From Phoronis australis (Eukaryota; Animalia; Phoronida), in contig NMRA01000127.1 in NCBI GenBank assembly GCA_002633005.1, positions 62,001 to 126,000 of the forward strand: a stretch of 64,000 bases of DNA, given 5' to 3'. This document shows positions 38,224 to 53,123 of the stretch, one piece after another. The translations under genes were made by a program, and so were the position numbers. The notes below the pieces were generated by a model, which had not been told where the DNA came from, searched no databases, and saw only the letters and a list, made by a program, of their open reading frames with translations. Within the stretch, counting starts at the first letter, position 1; each line of letters begins with the position of its first letter.

Positions 38224-40452
38224 TATCGATAGATGTATGCAAAGTGGTGCTATGAGTGCCATGAGCGTCACATGGTTCCACCTGTGGCAGCCTGGTAAAA
38301 TTTGTGATTACTTTGTTTTTTAATAAGATTTTGATTTTCAACTTGTTTTGTAAGTTGTGGATTTAAAATAAAATATTTTATTTTGTTTCTGACTTCGTTT
38401 GAGTTGTTTGTTTGTTGAAGTAACTCTATTATCTGGGCGAGCATGCATAGTTTAATAATCTTTAAAAACTTGTATTCTACGATTGCGTTACAATGCCCAC
38501 GAAACGCATTGAAACAGTTCGAGAGCTGGTTCATGACTTTTACGGTAATGCAAAATAGTCAAATGGTACTGTCAATGTTGAGTTACATGCCTGTGCATAG
38601 CAACGGCTGTTCACACTATACCACAACAGACTCCTATTGTGTTAGTTGATCAGTCAAGCGCTAACCAACTGTCAAAAATTTGTTCAGATCAAATGCCATA
38701 AAGAAAGAGAATTGACGTCACCGCGTTTTCGGCCTGTGACTCGAGGCGGGACAAGAGGACTGTGGTACTTGCGCATTATAAGCCATTAAAGAGATGTAAT
38801 ACGTCTCGCATACAAAAGGTATGAGGCACAGGTTGACGCTTTCTAGAGCAAATGTCTTTGCACACATTAAACGGAGCGGAGAAAATTCCGAGTAAACAGA
38901 ATCTGTAAGATAAACAAACAGTCTTGCATTGTGTTGGAAAAATATTGACACAATATTGATGGCGCTTCGAAAGCTTGGTTACCGTACGTATTCTGACAAC
39001 ACTGATCGATAGTTCGCGGCAACAGGCAAGCAGCGTGCACAAGACGATCTCGTAGTGTGTTGAAAGCTGTTCGTGGATGTTTAACTCTCATAATCAATAC
39101 CTTTGCTGGAGCTCGTTGATCTCTAAGGTAAGCTACATGTATCATTTTTTAGTGTTATCGGTCAACGAGTTGTTATTGCTGCTTCCGCCCTGCTAAACTC
39201 TTGCGCAGGTATTCGACGAGCTTCGAAAGTTGTGTCAGTGATTTTTCCAACTCTCGCATGTCCTGTGGAAATGAGAGATCACACTGAAAATTTCAAATGG
39301 TTTGCTCGATAATGGTGTCGTTGACATCTACTGTCCAGAATACGGCGATTGTTTAGTCTTGCATGCCGGGTAACAGGGCTTCACCAATGCCGGACCCTGT
39401 GTTAGGAACTAGGATACAATCAAACCCGACCATCTGGGAAGTCATGAAATGGACCCATCATCTTCCCGCCCCCAATAAGACCCTGTTCCAGCTGCCAAAG
39501 TCCCTCGTCTTCCAAGGGAAAATGGATCATTGATGTCACCCCACACATGAACAAAAATTCTTCATTCAACAAATATCTCCTGACTGAGTTATTTGGCGAC
39601 TACTTTTAAATTGTTTTTACCGAAAAAAGATACCGAGGAAATCTACTGTCTTTAATGTTCAACTGTGATCCTTGGACGAGTTTGTCGTTTTTTGCATATA
39701 CGACTTTACCGGAAGCAAAACCTCGACACCTTGTTATAGGAGGGCCCATCTGGCCGCTGATCTCTAGACTCAAGAAACCAGCGAAAACGCAAGATTACGG
39801 ACGGGTTCGCGAGATATCGCCAGTCATTAGAAGCGAAGCTCTGAGTTAAGGTGTTCTAGATTGTTTCGAATACTCACATAGTCCTTGCAATACTTTAGCG
39901 ACACTCAAATCCAGGTACGTCAACGCCGAAGTAACCTTTTCGGGCCCTATTGCGCCACCGCGTGAAAACAAAACAAAACAAAACAAAAAGAACAGGGGTT
40001 AGCTGCAGTAGCTTTGAACGTTTTCCGAGGATTCGATGATGTGGACAAAAGTCTAACTGCTCATTACAGTTAGCAATTTATGACTTCCTTGTGGTCAGAT
40101 TGATGCTTTAGTTTTAACATTTTCTTGTAACTATTTTTACATGCGTTACCGTTCCACGTAGACTTTAAAACGTAGAAGTCGTAGCCATCAAGGTATCCTC
40201 TAGCTCCACCTAACGTGAGAACTTGTTCCAACACGTCCGATATGATGAATTGTCTATGGCTTCAGCTGATTCTTTTTCATGTGTTTGGCTTGCACGTTTT
40301 GGCATTTTCGATTTATGGTTTGAAAAGTTTTGAGGTTACAAGAATGATTCCATACAAGAACAAGAAAAAGGGGTTACATATGCAAAATCATCGATATTTT
40401 GTTATGCAGCACGCCAGATTACCTCCGAAATCGATGCATAAACTTAATTGTC

Positions 40453-40693
40453 TGGGGCCCGCTCCAAGAAACTGGCTTAAGTCCATTTTTGACTTAAGTC
40501 TAAGATTTGTCTTAATTTCCAAACTTTGAAACTTCTGCATCTGGTAAGATAATCAAAATTTAGACAAAACGTAAGTAAAAAACTGAGTCAAATTTAAGAT
40601 CTCTTTCCTGAAACGGACTGGATACAAATTCAAATTTTATCTAAAAATTTAAGACTTGTCTTAGCTAAGTCAGTTTTCTTGGAACGCCTCCCT
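40453..40693. mobile_element. Palindromic MITE-like element (possibly PIF/Harbinger-derived)
   Basis: ggggccccgctccaagaaactggcttaag ... ctaagtcagttttcttggaacgcctccc; internal cttaag/taagac motifs. Confidence 0.6.
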
Positions 40694-43600
40694 GTTCCGT
40701 TTCAAGACATCTTTGTATTTTTGTTCCAAATCACACACAACCAGGTAGGAAATGATGTTTGGTCAACAACAACATATTATTGCTAAGACAAGAAGACTGA
40801 TATAGAGGGAACAATGGCATCGTAAGAACTTAGAAATCAAATAGAAACGAAGCTAATGAATTATTAGGTTATTTTATTTTGACCGGCAAAACAAATCAAT
40901 GACAACATTTAAAAGCCAGCTTCACTTCTTTTTCCTTCTATCAAAACCCCTTATTATAGAATATGAGCTAAGTTAAACTATCTTCTGTTACTAGTGACCT
41001 TGTTGAACCCAACACCAGAAGAAAGAGCTTTTCTCTGTCTCTCACAGTTAAAGCTTAGATGACTACTTACTAACCCAGTTCGCTATTTTCTGCCGCTCAG
41101 TGGAACTACTTGGTTGTGAAATAAATGAATCGGTCAAGGTGCCAAACATATTGATATCGTCTGTACGTACTGATGAGATTGTCCGGGGATTTTGTTGTAA
41201 GAGGTATACAGATTCCGCTACTGCAACAATAAAGGTTGGATTGCAGAGTATGGAAGCGTGTAGTGGTTTCATCACCCCCACTGACCACCCCATAAAACTC
41301 ACAACACCCCCAGGAAACTCAAGACGCCCCAAAAATTTAAAATGCACATACGTTAAAAAGATTCTGTTCTGTTAGGCGAAATCCGCGCAAGTCTGAAATT
41401 AAACTTAATCCTCTAGAAATAGATGAGGCCAATCCGCAAAATGCCTTGATTACTTGAAGGGCAGAATTTAGTACTAAAAGTATGAGAGACAAGATTCTTC
41501 AAAAGATATTTTAAAAGTGTGGTGTTAGAGATGACTACAAAGGTATTTCAATTTCAAATCCCTCTTTTTATCGTACTCAGACTAAATAACATCATTCCAC
41601 TTTCAACCGGAGTGAAAAAGACTCTCCGAGTCAAATGATTTTTAAATTTGCTTATATTAAAATTGAAATTGAATTTGTATCTGATAGTTTCACTTGACAT
41701 TCTAAGCTTTGTGTAAAATTTTAAGAACACCAATAACAAATTTCATTACCAGTTTTCCAATCATTTGACCTTTTTCAGTACTAACCCGAAAAAATCCAAA
41801 ATCATGTGTCTTTACAGCTAAACAGGGCCTATCTTTCGAACTTAACGGCACTGAGTGCAAATAACGCCACATTGCACTTGCACAATCCCTACGAACATCG
41901 TGATTTTCGAATCCTGTATGATTTTTAGATAGAGACGCACACGATATGTTAATTTAAGCTCACTCATTACTTAATGGAAGACGCCACCAGGGATACGTTA
42001 CCAACATGTAAATTTATCAATTTTGCTCAATTCAAATTCTGTGCAATCGGATCGGCTGTTTGCGTTAGATGGTTTTCAAAAACCTTGCGTTTATCAAGAG
42101 CTTCTTCACGTGTGACTGCAAAATTCAATCGCAAGACACGATTGTCCTTAATACATCGACCGAATACTGGAGCCTACCCATTCTGTTATGGCGACAATGT
42201 TATTCTCGTACAGATTTCAGTGCATATATCGTCACTGACAGTCTCGTGGGTCTATTTTTTCTTCTGTATATCACTACATCATTACTATTCAATCTGCGTC
42301 TGTTCTTTCCGCTGCTAGCTATGCAATTACATGACATTTTGAAGCGTTATGATTTACAGATTTGTAGACGCATTGTATACGTTTTCATCACTGTCGGATA
42401 TAGGATGTTGCAAGCTGGGATGACTTCAATTTTCAGAGAAGAATTGTATACTAGCTTCGTTTTTTGTATCCGTAGGAGGGAGGGACCCTGCCCCATGAAT
42501 CCGTCTAGAAATCTTAGTGCCAACTCCAAAGAATACTTATTGCTTTGTCGTCGACTGAAAAAGAACGGTAGCGAATTACACCAGTGCTAAAAATTACTGC
42601 GTATTGTTAGTTAACGTTAGCAGTGTCAAGTGTGACGTACAAAGCTTAATAATATCAGAGAAGCACGAAAAGCAAATTGAAAATTTTCTTAACAATAGTA
42701 TGTCCTATATAGACGTGTACATTAACAGAGGTGCTATTCACCATTCGAGATTTTGTCTCATCTACTTGTCAATATATGATAACAATAACAGAATTGCAGG
42801 CATGTTTTTGTTGAGTTGCAGTTCAGCGATGACAAACGCATAACGTACAGGTATGGTGCAATGCATTTTAATACTACTTGCCGAGCTTTGCCTGGCAGTG
42901 GGTTATTGAGCGTCTCGTGAAGTCGGGGATAAGCAAATGAACGGTATGCGCATAAAGGGATACTAAACTTTGTTTCGGTGATTTTTCCCGAAACTGGATC
43001 TGTCACCTGCTGCTTTAGTGTACAAATACAACAAAATGTACATCCCGTGAGAGAAAGATTATTATTCAGCTAAAATTTTTCTTGGTCACTTTAGGAAGAG
43101 GTTCGAGTCTAAGCGGCCTTTTTACGCGGCAGTCGATAAACTCTCCCAAGCGTTAGTCACGCTGACCGAATTGTCACAGTTTGTAAAGTACCTTCAAGCT
43201 TGATACAAAAATTTGATAGTTAAATAGAACAGGAGAGCATCGTTTTATTTCAATTAATTAGTGGCAGTTAAAATCGCAATCTAGAGCAAAAAACGATTTG
43301 CTTTATTGGCACTATTGCTCTTCCAAAACAACGCCATCTTGTTATTATTCGTACAATGAAATGTATTGTGTCTACTTCTTCCGAGTCTGAACTAACCCGC
43401 CGTGACAGGTAAACCCAGTGAGTCTGGGTCGAAGCAATAGCGAATGTCAATTCTTAAGCCTATAGGTGATGAAGTGATGACACCATTTTTTATAACTTCA
43501 AGTGACCGAAATCAAAAGTTTGTGCTCTGACCGAACTTGGGGGCTTATTGATTTCTCTTATACCTCTTCGTAGGCTAAAAGACCTGAAGTTTAGTAAAAT

Positions 43601-44006
43601 CATCAAGTATTTTCTTTCTCTGAGAGAGGTTGCGTTAGCATATCCCGGGCTCACAGGTTACGAGCCAGGCGATAGAAAATCTTGGGACATGAGTTCACGT
43701 TTGGCGAGTTGATGAGCAACTAAAATCTTTGTAGTGTCACGTTTGACGATCGACTGAAGCAAGTGGGATTGAAATCGTCACCGGCAGCGTGGTCTCACAT
43801 ATAGGGGACTGGTAAAACCCTTATCGTATATTGTGTGGAATCTTTTAGTACCGATAACCTAAGCTGTGCTTCCCGAACCGGACACGTGAATGTAGGGTGT
43901 TTCACTTTGCGATTGCATTTCAGCAGTTCCGCTGCGTTTTGAACAATACATGTACCAAATGATCACTTGAGAGCTGTAATGTTCCTCCCATTAACCCACA
44001 CAGTAC

Positions 44007-44135
44007 CAGTGGCAGATTTGGAGGTTGGCCAAGGGGGCCGTGGCCCATCCCTCTAAAATTCTCCCACATTCCATTTGGCAGTCCTAGCTAATACTCTGCC
44101 CTAGCCACCAACTCAAAACAATGGATCCGCCCTTG
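44007..44135. mobile_element. Short MITE-like element
   Basis: cagtggcagattt ... ggatccgcccttg; flanks agtac/aatac. Confidence 0.5.
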
Positions 44136-44538
44136 AATACTTGTTTTTCTACTCAATTCTAGGTTGTTTTCAAATTCAATCAAATTTTGTGCACATGTTA
44201 ATTACATTCAAATTATCGGCGCACTGCTCTCAGGTTCCGAAAAACGCATTTATTTTGCGATAAGTCCAGATAGTCAACATACAATCATCTACTGTATGTG
44301 CCTTGGGTAAAAATGATGTCTGTTTTATTTTTCATTTGAGATAACAACAACAATAAGACATTTGCGTTTGCTTCAATATTTCTTGCGATAAGAATGCAGA
44401 TGGTAAGTATTCACATTTTCAAGTATGTTGAGTAAATAGTATATCCTTAGAGATAAAGGTAACGGCAATACATTTGGTTGGTTTTTCGTTATTCCATTCG
44501 CAAAGAGCTCCAAACGTGTTTCGATAAGGATAGCAATA

Positions 44539-44797
44539 CATGCGGGCACCCAGGGGGGAGGGGTTCGGGGGGGGGGGGCNCCCCTATTTGGCGAAGTGGG
44601 TAAAAAGGTCCGCCTCAGAGAAACAAAAAGAGCTAGAAAACGAGACAAAAGTCCACTAAAAAGGCGCCGACACACAGTTCACAGACTTGAAGGTGGTAGC
44701 CCGTTTTTTAGTCCTCTCGCTTTTTTGTTACATGTAGCAAAAGGTCCACTTTGTCGGAGATTCGAACCCCCCATACTAAAGGTTGGGTGCGCGCATG
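44539..44797. mobile_element. MITE with 5-bp target site duplication
   Basis: caata|catgcgggcaccca...tgggtgcgcgcatg|caata. Confidence 0.75.
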
Positions 44798-47700
44798 CAA
44801 TATATTTGACACCTTCCGATAGTTATGTAGCAAGTCAAATAGGCAAAGAGTCTTTCAATACGGTGAGCCCGGTCGCCTTCAAATCGACTGACAATTAATT
44901 CTAGGATTTAGTTTTATCTGAAAGGTTTTTATAGAGCTACTTTCTTTCAACCCGTCAAAAGCTTTTGCCGTGACTTAGGGTTGGAATGAACAAAGTTAGC
45001 GGCGACGAATCGTCTCGTTAGAATAGCCATTGATGCAGTCAGTGGACGACATTCCTTCAATCATTTTATGATATTAAATTAGGAAAGCTAACTCGTGGAG
45101 CTTTAACACAGTATGTGTAAATGAAATCTCTATTAGGAATTATTGACTAACAAGATTATGTAGTATGTTATTGACAAGTCTGCGTATTCAGTCATTTTAT
45201 GCAAAATATATTGGTCTCAACCTATTAAAAGTATACATTTTCTGAAATAGAAATATTGCAAAATTCGATCTTTTTATTTTTATCAATCTGACATTATTTG
45301 GGTATTATTGTCTTGTCTTTTTTGTAAAATTTATTAAAACAGAGATACATCAATAATATGGCCAAATTTTCTTTAATATAGATGTTCAAGATAAAAGCTC
45401 AAAATCGCTGTTACAGCCTTCTAAATTGTTATTTCGTTTTCGTTTTATACAACCTCGGATTGTTTTCACAAAAACCATAAAGTCCTACTTTCGATAGTTT
45501 ATCGTGCAAAAAGAACATTTTAAAACCAGTTCCTAACAGTTTTGGAGAACGGTGCGTAAAGTATGTTGTGTGAAAGTATTGATTCGTTCAATTAGCCATT
45601 TTTGAGATATGATGTTCCGCAGTTGACCAAATTTGGACATTTTCCAATACCCTACATAACATTAAGCATAAGTTCGAAGTAAACACAGAAGGCGATATGC
45701 GAACCTATATTACAGTGCGCGCGCAACCGAAAACAGAGTGCGTAGTCTAAAGTCTTCTGCGATGCAGTAAGCGTGCGCAGGCCACATGGTCGGTACCATC
45801 GTACGAAACACCTGAGCGAAACTCCCTAGAGGTACTTAATCGATCCCTAGATTCTTCGTGAAAGAACTTTTCCATTTGTAATAGGGAAGGAAAATGGCTA
45901 CCCCCACACTCCAAGCAACGACACCAAATTTCAGACAAACAATATGCCGGTGGCTTTTTCACTTACCCTAACGCATTTGTTCAAACCAGCTGGACCATAA
46001 ATATCAGCATGCAATCCGCGTGTTTTCTAAAACAAAGTAATGTCCCAGAACTGATAAGAAAAAAGCAAACATGTCAGTGCGATGACGTCACACTTTTCGT
46101 TCCTGTTACCACGCGCTAAATGTTATAGGCAAGTGATGGTGTCATCATGGTGCTTGCCACGTAAACTGTGAAAAGCTGTTCAGGTGTTTTAGCATTATTA
46201 CCACATTCGAGATTTAATCATATTTGGGCATGTTCTTATTTTGGGCATCTGCATGCTTTCCGGGTGCTTCCTCTGTTAGGTTTACTTTTTATAATGTTAT
46301 TACGAAAAAATATAAGGAACAATGATTGGAAGTACGCCCCGAAATCGCTAGAAAGCATTATACTTGGGCGTGTTTACGTACACTCGTACTGGCTACATAA
46401 TGAAAGACACTTCTTCTATAGTTTTGAATTTCTCTACATGTTCGTTATCGTTATCCGAAGCTCATTAGTGCAACCGTGAACAAGCACGATTAGATTCTCA
46501 GTTTCTTTAGGTTTTTATGGATTTTAGGCTATGAGAAATATAATGATTGGATGGTTTCCGCATAGAGTATATAGTACGCGGACAGCCTACTTCGTATAAC
46601 CTCGATGTACAGAATATGTAATCTTGCGCGTAAGCCGCAACAAGAGCGACGTCACTATTCACTAGCGACACACGTTTAACTTTCAGCAAGTACATCGCTT
46701 GCTCACTATAACCAGAAGCTGAGATGTGGTTTGAGAGAGTAAGGATTCCATAAGAATCTTTTGTCTATCATCCATGGTTACAGGAGAGCTCACCCTCATA
46801 TTCACCAATTTAAACCATAGGGTGAGTTTCATTAGTCGTAACTTTCACCTCTGTTTCATTTGAGTTTGATACTTTAGTATTACTTTTCTAAATTTTTTTA
46901 AAAAGTGGGTGGAAGTTGAGTGATTACCCACAATGCACGAGTCAGCTGTCGCTCACTATGGCTGCCATTTAGGTGGTGATGCACCATCAAAAATAAAAAT
47001 TAAACTAAAAAATCGTATCGAATTCTAGAGCTCTGTTGAGTGAGAATTACTTGGGTTAAAGTTTCGATGGAACTTGCATTAAAATCCGTTAGGTTTTAAC
47101 TAAAATGAAACAGAAAGACTATCCCTAAAACTCTGAAAATTTCTGCCCCAATTTTTAGAAATGATATCTCACTTTTTGCGATTGTGGATCTACGGGGGTT
47201 TCTACTTTAAAAAATTCATACTTAACAAACTTAACTTAGAGTTGTGTAGATAAAGTGCCCAAACTTATCGAGGATCTCACAATAGTGACACCATAAAGTA
47301 TGTTTTTAATTAGACGATCCTATATGTATAAGGACTTCTGAAGTTGGAAATCCTACTGTATGACTACGTTGTACAGAAGAATCGTCCGTAACGACTGTGA
47401 ATGGCGCTTCCCAATATTTGGTTGCTATTTGTCAAAACAATGTAATGAAAAAAGCAGTGTTAGGAGACCATTGCGTCAAGTCACTCGCTTTCCTTACATC
47501 CAATGAGTGCTATCCACTTTGCTGTACAGAATACAAGAATCGATACATATGACATATCACGTTAAACCTAATTATATTGACAGCGTACAAGGAGATTTTA
47601 ATTAGAAGACACGTGTTTTTGTCTCATATGCACGTGCAGGTATTGTACTGCACTGACACGATACATTAATGTTGTTCGTCTGGTGCAACCTTTTTGTGCA

Positions 47701-49955
47701 TTGATTCCGAGTCGATTGGAATAATAAAATGTTCTGTTTTTCCTCGACTGTATTACTTCCTCTTTGTTGGTGACTTATGCCAAAGAAAATATGTTCTTCT
47801 AAGGCAATCTTTTCGTGTATTGATTATGAATCAATTGGAATAATTTATTCCACGTGTCTTCCCTTGACAGTTGTACTTCCGTCGCGTTGATGACTTTCGC
47901 CCAAAATACATGTTCACGACCTGTCATGATAGGTACACGTGCACTAAATGGGTCAAATTAAATGTTTTTCTCAGTAATACATTGGATGTTAAGGGGTATA
48001 TATGTGACTTTGTGGGTGCGCGGGTATGAGGGAGGCTGTGTGTATGTGTGCCTGCGCGTTTGTGTGTTTATTAGAATAAGCTGGCATCTGCATCACATAA
48101 CAGTTTAAATATAAACGACAAATTAAAAGTAACATTATTTAAAAAACGTTTTCTTTGGTGTCTCAGCATGTACTGTAATCTGGGCATCACGTATTTATGT
48201 TCTCATCTTATGTGATTGGAGAGTCTCTTTTAAGTTATTTAGTACATTATTGAGGAAAGTCAATTCAAAGTCATTTGTCAGAAAACCTAAGCTGTGTCAA
48301 TTGACTATTTTTTCTGAAAGAAGAAGGATTATGGGTTATAAAATACACTTGATACTCACGTGTGGTTATTATAACTTGGCCACCATTTTATAACTTGGTC
48401 ACCATTTTAATCAAATTTTCTTTTTAACAAAGTTACATTCTTAGCTCAACATCCCTCAGTCGATTTTGATAAAACTTGGTTTAAATGACATCTCTCAAGA
48501 ACACTATTGCTCATTTAGCTTGGTTTCTACGCTAAATTAACTCGCAAAACGCAAGTTATTCAGCGGTAGTATTTGTCTGCGGCGCGGTACTATAAAACTA
48601 GGGGTAAGAAATCCTAACAGCATTTTTGATACTGATTAACAAGAATTAAAAGTGGAAACATTCAATAAAATCAACCGATGTGTTTTCGAGAACTCGTGTT
48701 CAAAATTAAGTCGATTTGCTGAAGCCAAGAAAAAGTCAAAAACGTCGCGAGTCGTCAAAACCTCAAGTTTTCGCTTAATTTTGGGGGAAAACTTGCTCTT
48801 TGTCAATAAAACCTACTCATGCCTCAACCATGTTCGCTGAATTGGCAGTGCGTAATTATATTAATTATCGCTAAAAGGTTTTTTAAAATTTTGTAGCTCA
48901 GATTAAGTGTTTCACGTCAAACTATGTCTGAGGTGGAGTCAACGGGGTCAACGAACCCCTTGCCGGGGAGATTGATACCAAGAAACTAACTACGAAATGA
49001 GTAACAGAAATCGAGCCTATGTGGTTAAAGCGCGCCATGAGAACGAGATAGAAACAGCGAAACGTCAAATTATCGAAGAAATTAATTAATTTGGGTAAAG
49101 ATTTATCTTTTTTCACAGCTTGCTGTGGTAATTCGTGAAAAACAAAATGCCAGACGCTTTGCGGCGACTCGGTGCATTCATCTGTTACCAACGGTCGTGT
49201 GTACGCTGATGCATAACTTCCTCAAAATCAAACTACATTTGTCTTCTTTCTGCGTGGCATCTTTCTATGTAATGTTCGTTGACTCAATAGTGTGGCAACT
49301 CAGTGGATGAAAAGATTGTGGACTTACAGAACTGCCCTATGCCAAGGCGGAAGATTCGATGTGAGTGACGGGTCTGTAACCTTTGAACTCGAATATTTAG
49401 TTAACAAGTTTCCATGCGGTTGAGGTGGGTCTGGGAAATCGTTTGCATTCAGGAACAGATTGTTGCAACTGCATGCCAAAATGTAGCTGCTTTCATTCTG
49501 TTCCTTACAACTATGTGATAATGATAAGTGCACTTTCGACTATTGAAAGTGACCAAGCTTTTTACGCCATGTCTTCAAAAAGTTAAAATTTGAAGTGCTG
49601 GAAGACGACATGACATTGGAATAGAAATTGTTCTGGCAGCTCTATTTTACATATGTAACATGGACATGTTCTCTCCTTAACGGTGAGATCCGGTCTGCAA
49701 AGTCAGTTCAGTAACTGTGTCACGGTTTGAAAAAAACAAGCCAAAATCATGTGCTCTCATTTAAAGTACACGGCAATATCTCATGTAATCTCGCAAGGTA
49801 GGTCCAAGCGATAAATCTTAGCAAAAGGACATCAGAATAAACTATTGCAAGCTTGAGATGAAAATCGGTTTAAAAAGTGTTTAACGACTGCAAGGAGATT
49901 TTATCCCGAGTGTTGCACGTTTATGTCCATACAACGTTGTTAATGGCTATTTACA

Positions 49956-50953
49956 CTGTGGCGGATCTAGGATATCACAAGGGAAGGGTCAACATTTTGT
50001 CCGGCAGTAAGCATTTGCGCAAACCACGATTGTAGATGCGCATAGCACCGAATGGGGGGAGGTCGGGAGGGGGCTCCGCTCCCGCCCAGGAAATTTTTCT
50101 GTTTTTTCATCTAAAAATCAAGCATTTTCCTTGATTCCTGAAGTAATATCCAAGAAAAAAAGGCAAAAAAAAAAACACGTAGAACGTGTCGAACAGGAAA
50201 AATCGCAAATACCAGAGACTCGAACTCATGACCTGGCGGCTAAAGCGCGCGTGCTTCACCACTACACAACCACCACTTAGCTACTCATCGTATATTAAGA
50301 AACCTACTTGTTTATGGTCCACAGCGTTTGCGCGCGAAACCTACTTTTTTGTAATGCTTATTAAACGTTTTATATTTTGTGCAATCGGTTCTTAACAGAT
50401 TTGTTGTATTTAAAATAGTCTTCAAATGTCCTAAAGACCAAATTCGTTTTTCGTGTTGGCAATGATGACGGGATTGCTTTGGAAATCGACTTAAGTTAAG
50501 GTTTGAGAAAGAGAGAATTATGAGTTTCTCAGTTTCTGAGTGATTCATTAAGGCTTCGATTAAAATTCACATCTTACCAGCAGCTTCTGTTTTTTCATCG
50601 TCACTCAGGTTCCATTTTCTTTAAAAAATGAAGTAAATTTTCTTCATTGCACAGTGGAGCAGACGACGGAAACAGAGTCGTAGAGCGCAGCGCGACTGCC
50701 GGTCGCTTGGGATATCGCGGGAGAGCCTATACTTAGCCAGTTCCGTTACAAATGCGCCGTGTTCCGAATTTAACACTTGAAATTGGATCTGAGCCCCCCC
50801 CCCAACACTAAAACTCCACACATTTAAATCTTCTTTCATCCGTATAATTTTAATTACCGGGGTTAATTAATAAACTCAACATTTCCCTACGCTCTTGCTT
50901 ATTTTGCGGCAGCCAACTGAAGGGGGGGAGGCCCTCCCCTAAATCCGCCTATG
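49956..50953 (+). mobile_element. ~1-kb non-autonomous DNA element with imperfect short TIRs
   Basis: ctgtggcggatcta...taaatccgcctatg; flanks tttaca/attaca; second copy at 19104-19976; same right terminus at ~55590-55644. Confidence 0.75.
50203..50276 (-). repeat. tRNA-derived (SINE head-like) segment
   Basis: Minus strand reads ggttgtgtagtggtgaagcacgcg...gagttcgagtctctgg, with A-box- and B-box-like motifs; no intact cloverleaf. Confidence 0.5.
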
Positions 50954-52102
50954 ATTACATGTATGCGTTCCATTTCTTACAGTGATTATGCCGTTCTGCA
51001 ACAGCTGCTAATTTCGTACCATTTCTTTCCAAAGCCACTACCGTTACCATTTGGACTAAGGCCTCAGTACCAGTGGGTTAATAAAAGCCTTTGTTTGCAC
51101 AGCTGTCGCTGACACCTTAAAAAGGAAGTACACTCTATGGGGTTAATGAAATTTACCAATGCATTGTTACATTCACCGTAAAATATCGAGATGACAAAAA
51201 TGACCAAAAAAGTGGTCATTTTTACTAAAAATTGCAAACTCACGAGTGCCCCGATGCAAGAAAGGAGACCACCATCCGAATGCTCTTTCACTCTAGATTC
51301 TAAAAGTTCACTGAAGTTAAAATATGTCATACCAACCAGATTTTTGACAATTTCCACTTGTCTGAAGGGTACTGACGAACCAGGATTGGCCCCAAGAATT
51401 CAAAACTCAACGAGTATAAGCTCTCACAATGGCGGCACATCCGAGTCCTAATAGGCAAGAGCACAGGTCAAATTTATGGACTCAGTTTACTTAACACAGC
51501 TTCACGGAATAACTTAATATTATTGGTTGCAATCACTTCCCATTTAGTCCACAAAACTGCCCTAAAACCCGGCCTAGCCCATTTTTTATGGGGGGGGGTT
51601 ACATTGGTATTTCATGTACTGTGGCTTTAGACTTTCAAGATATCTCAATACAAATCCGTCACAAAACGTTGCACGCACAGCCATTGAGGTTTGAAATGTT
51701 TGTTTTTAACCACAGACATAAGTGGCCTTCTGACCCATAGTGTCGGTTGATCACACGATGCTGCCCTAGGTCAACACTGTTATGGAGATGTGTTTCCGTA
51801 AGCACAGAAACAAAACAATGATTGTTTACGTTTCACAAGTTCACGAATAACCCGAATTTTTCGGGTTCTGATAGTTGGAAATGTGGACTTGTAATAAAAC
51901 AAATTGGAAAACGCAATATAGGCAAAAAATAAGATTGGACCCATTGATGATATATAAGCTACACACACCCCCAACATTTGGGGGCGTTGGTGTTTTTGGA
52001 TTTCATATCTTGCCACAAGTCTCTGTGCATGACTACAATTCCTTTCCTTTACTCAGGCATTGTTCATTAACGTATTCGTAATTATAAACTGCAGCTAGTG
52101 TA

Positions 52103-52170
52103 TGATAATTATAAGAATAAAAACAACAACAACAATAACAATAATAATGATAACAATTGTAATAATATAT
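52103..52170. repeat. Degenerate (AAT/AAC)n microsatellite
   Basis: aacaacaacaacaataacaataataatgataac. Confidence 0.8.
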
Positions 52171-53123
52171 AAGAAGCAAAATTTTGAATCCTTATGGTGT
52201 ATTCGCGTGCATAAATTTTGTATATATAGTATTGTGAACTGTGTGCCAACGACTTCTCGTTCAATGTGCATTTTGTTCTACATGTATAAAACAATAGTAT
52301 TTACACAAATCATAGATTAATTGATGCAGAGGTAACCATAGCATTGTCTGAGATCATGCTCCTACGATGACTGCATGTTCTCAAGGAATGCGTATCATCA
52401 CTGTTTTTGTTTGAAGTTGTCCTTCATATGGTTGGGCAAGTCTGGCGCTATACGGAGAGACACTCTAAACGATACTGCAAATAGTACTGGAATTCAATGT
52501 TTTTGAGCACTTGCCATTTTTGTAAATTATTAATTTATTCTCTATTTTTGCCAATATTTGTTCGTTCTTATAGAAAGATTTTAGTGATAATCATTATAAT
52601 AAGGATATTGCTTTCAATTGTTCTGTTGTCCTTTTCATGGAAGACGTCTTTAGCTAGAGTTGGTTGCTGTCATTACCAATTAATGTTGTTCGACATGTAA
52701 CGTGAAGGATGGTGGCGGGATGTCACTGTTGTTTCCAAGTGTTTGGTTTTCGTGAAGCGGGTCCGTGGCTTGTTATGCGGACAGGGAAAGGAACCAACAG
52801 CCAGCGATAAATAACATGCGCGTTTTCTTTTGGACAGAGCGCTAGACAAAACGTCTCTTACAGTTTGTTAAATCTCTGATAATTCCTTTGTGATATCTAG
52901 CAGTGGCAGGTAGTCAGTTCCGGTATAAGGCAAAAGACAGCTGGGAACTTCTGGTTCAGCCACTATTGAGACTCCAGGGATTAAGAACGTTCCTTTGAGT
53001 CTTTTTATGAAACCCGGAACTCATACAGAATTGCCTGATACATCGTTTGCTTGCCATTTTTTAACCAATCACATAACTTTGTCTTAAGCTCGATTTACTT
53101 CTGTTTTCAGATAAAAACACAAC

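Noticed and set aside
38367-38372. AATAAA as the AC8 polyadenylation signal
   Set aside because: It sits in an AT-rich tract and cannot be distinguished from chance without transcript data.
42069-42590. 173-aa intergenic ORF
   Set aside because: No recognisable domain or exon structure; consistent with a chance ORF.
50203-50276. Functional tRNA gene
   Set aside because: Box-like motifs are present, but acceptor and anticodon stems do not form and it is embedded in a repeat.
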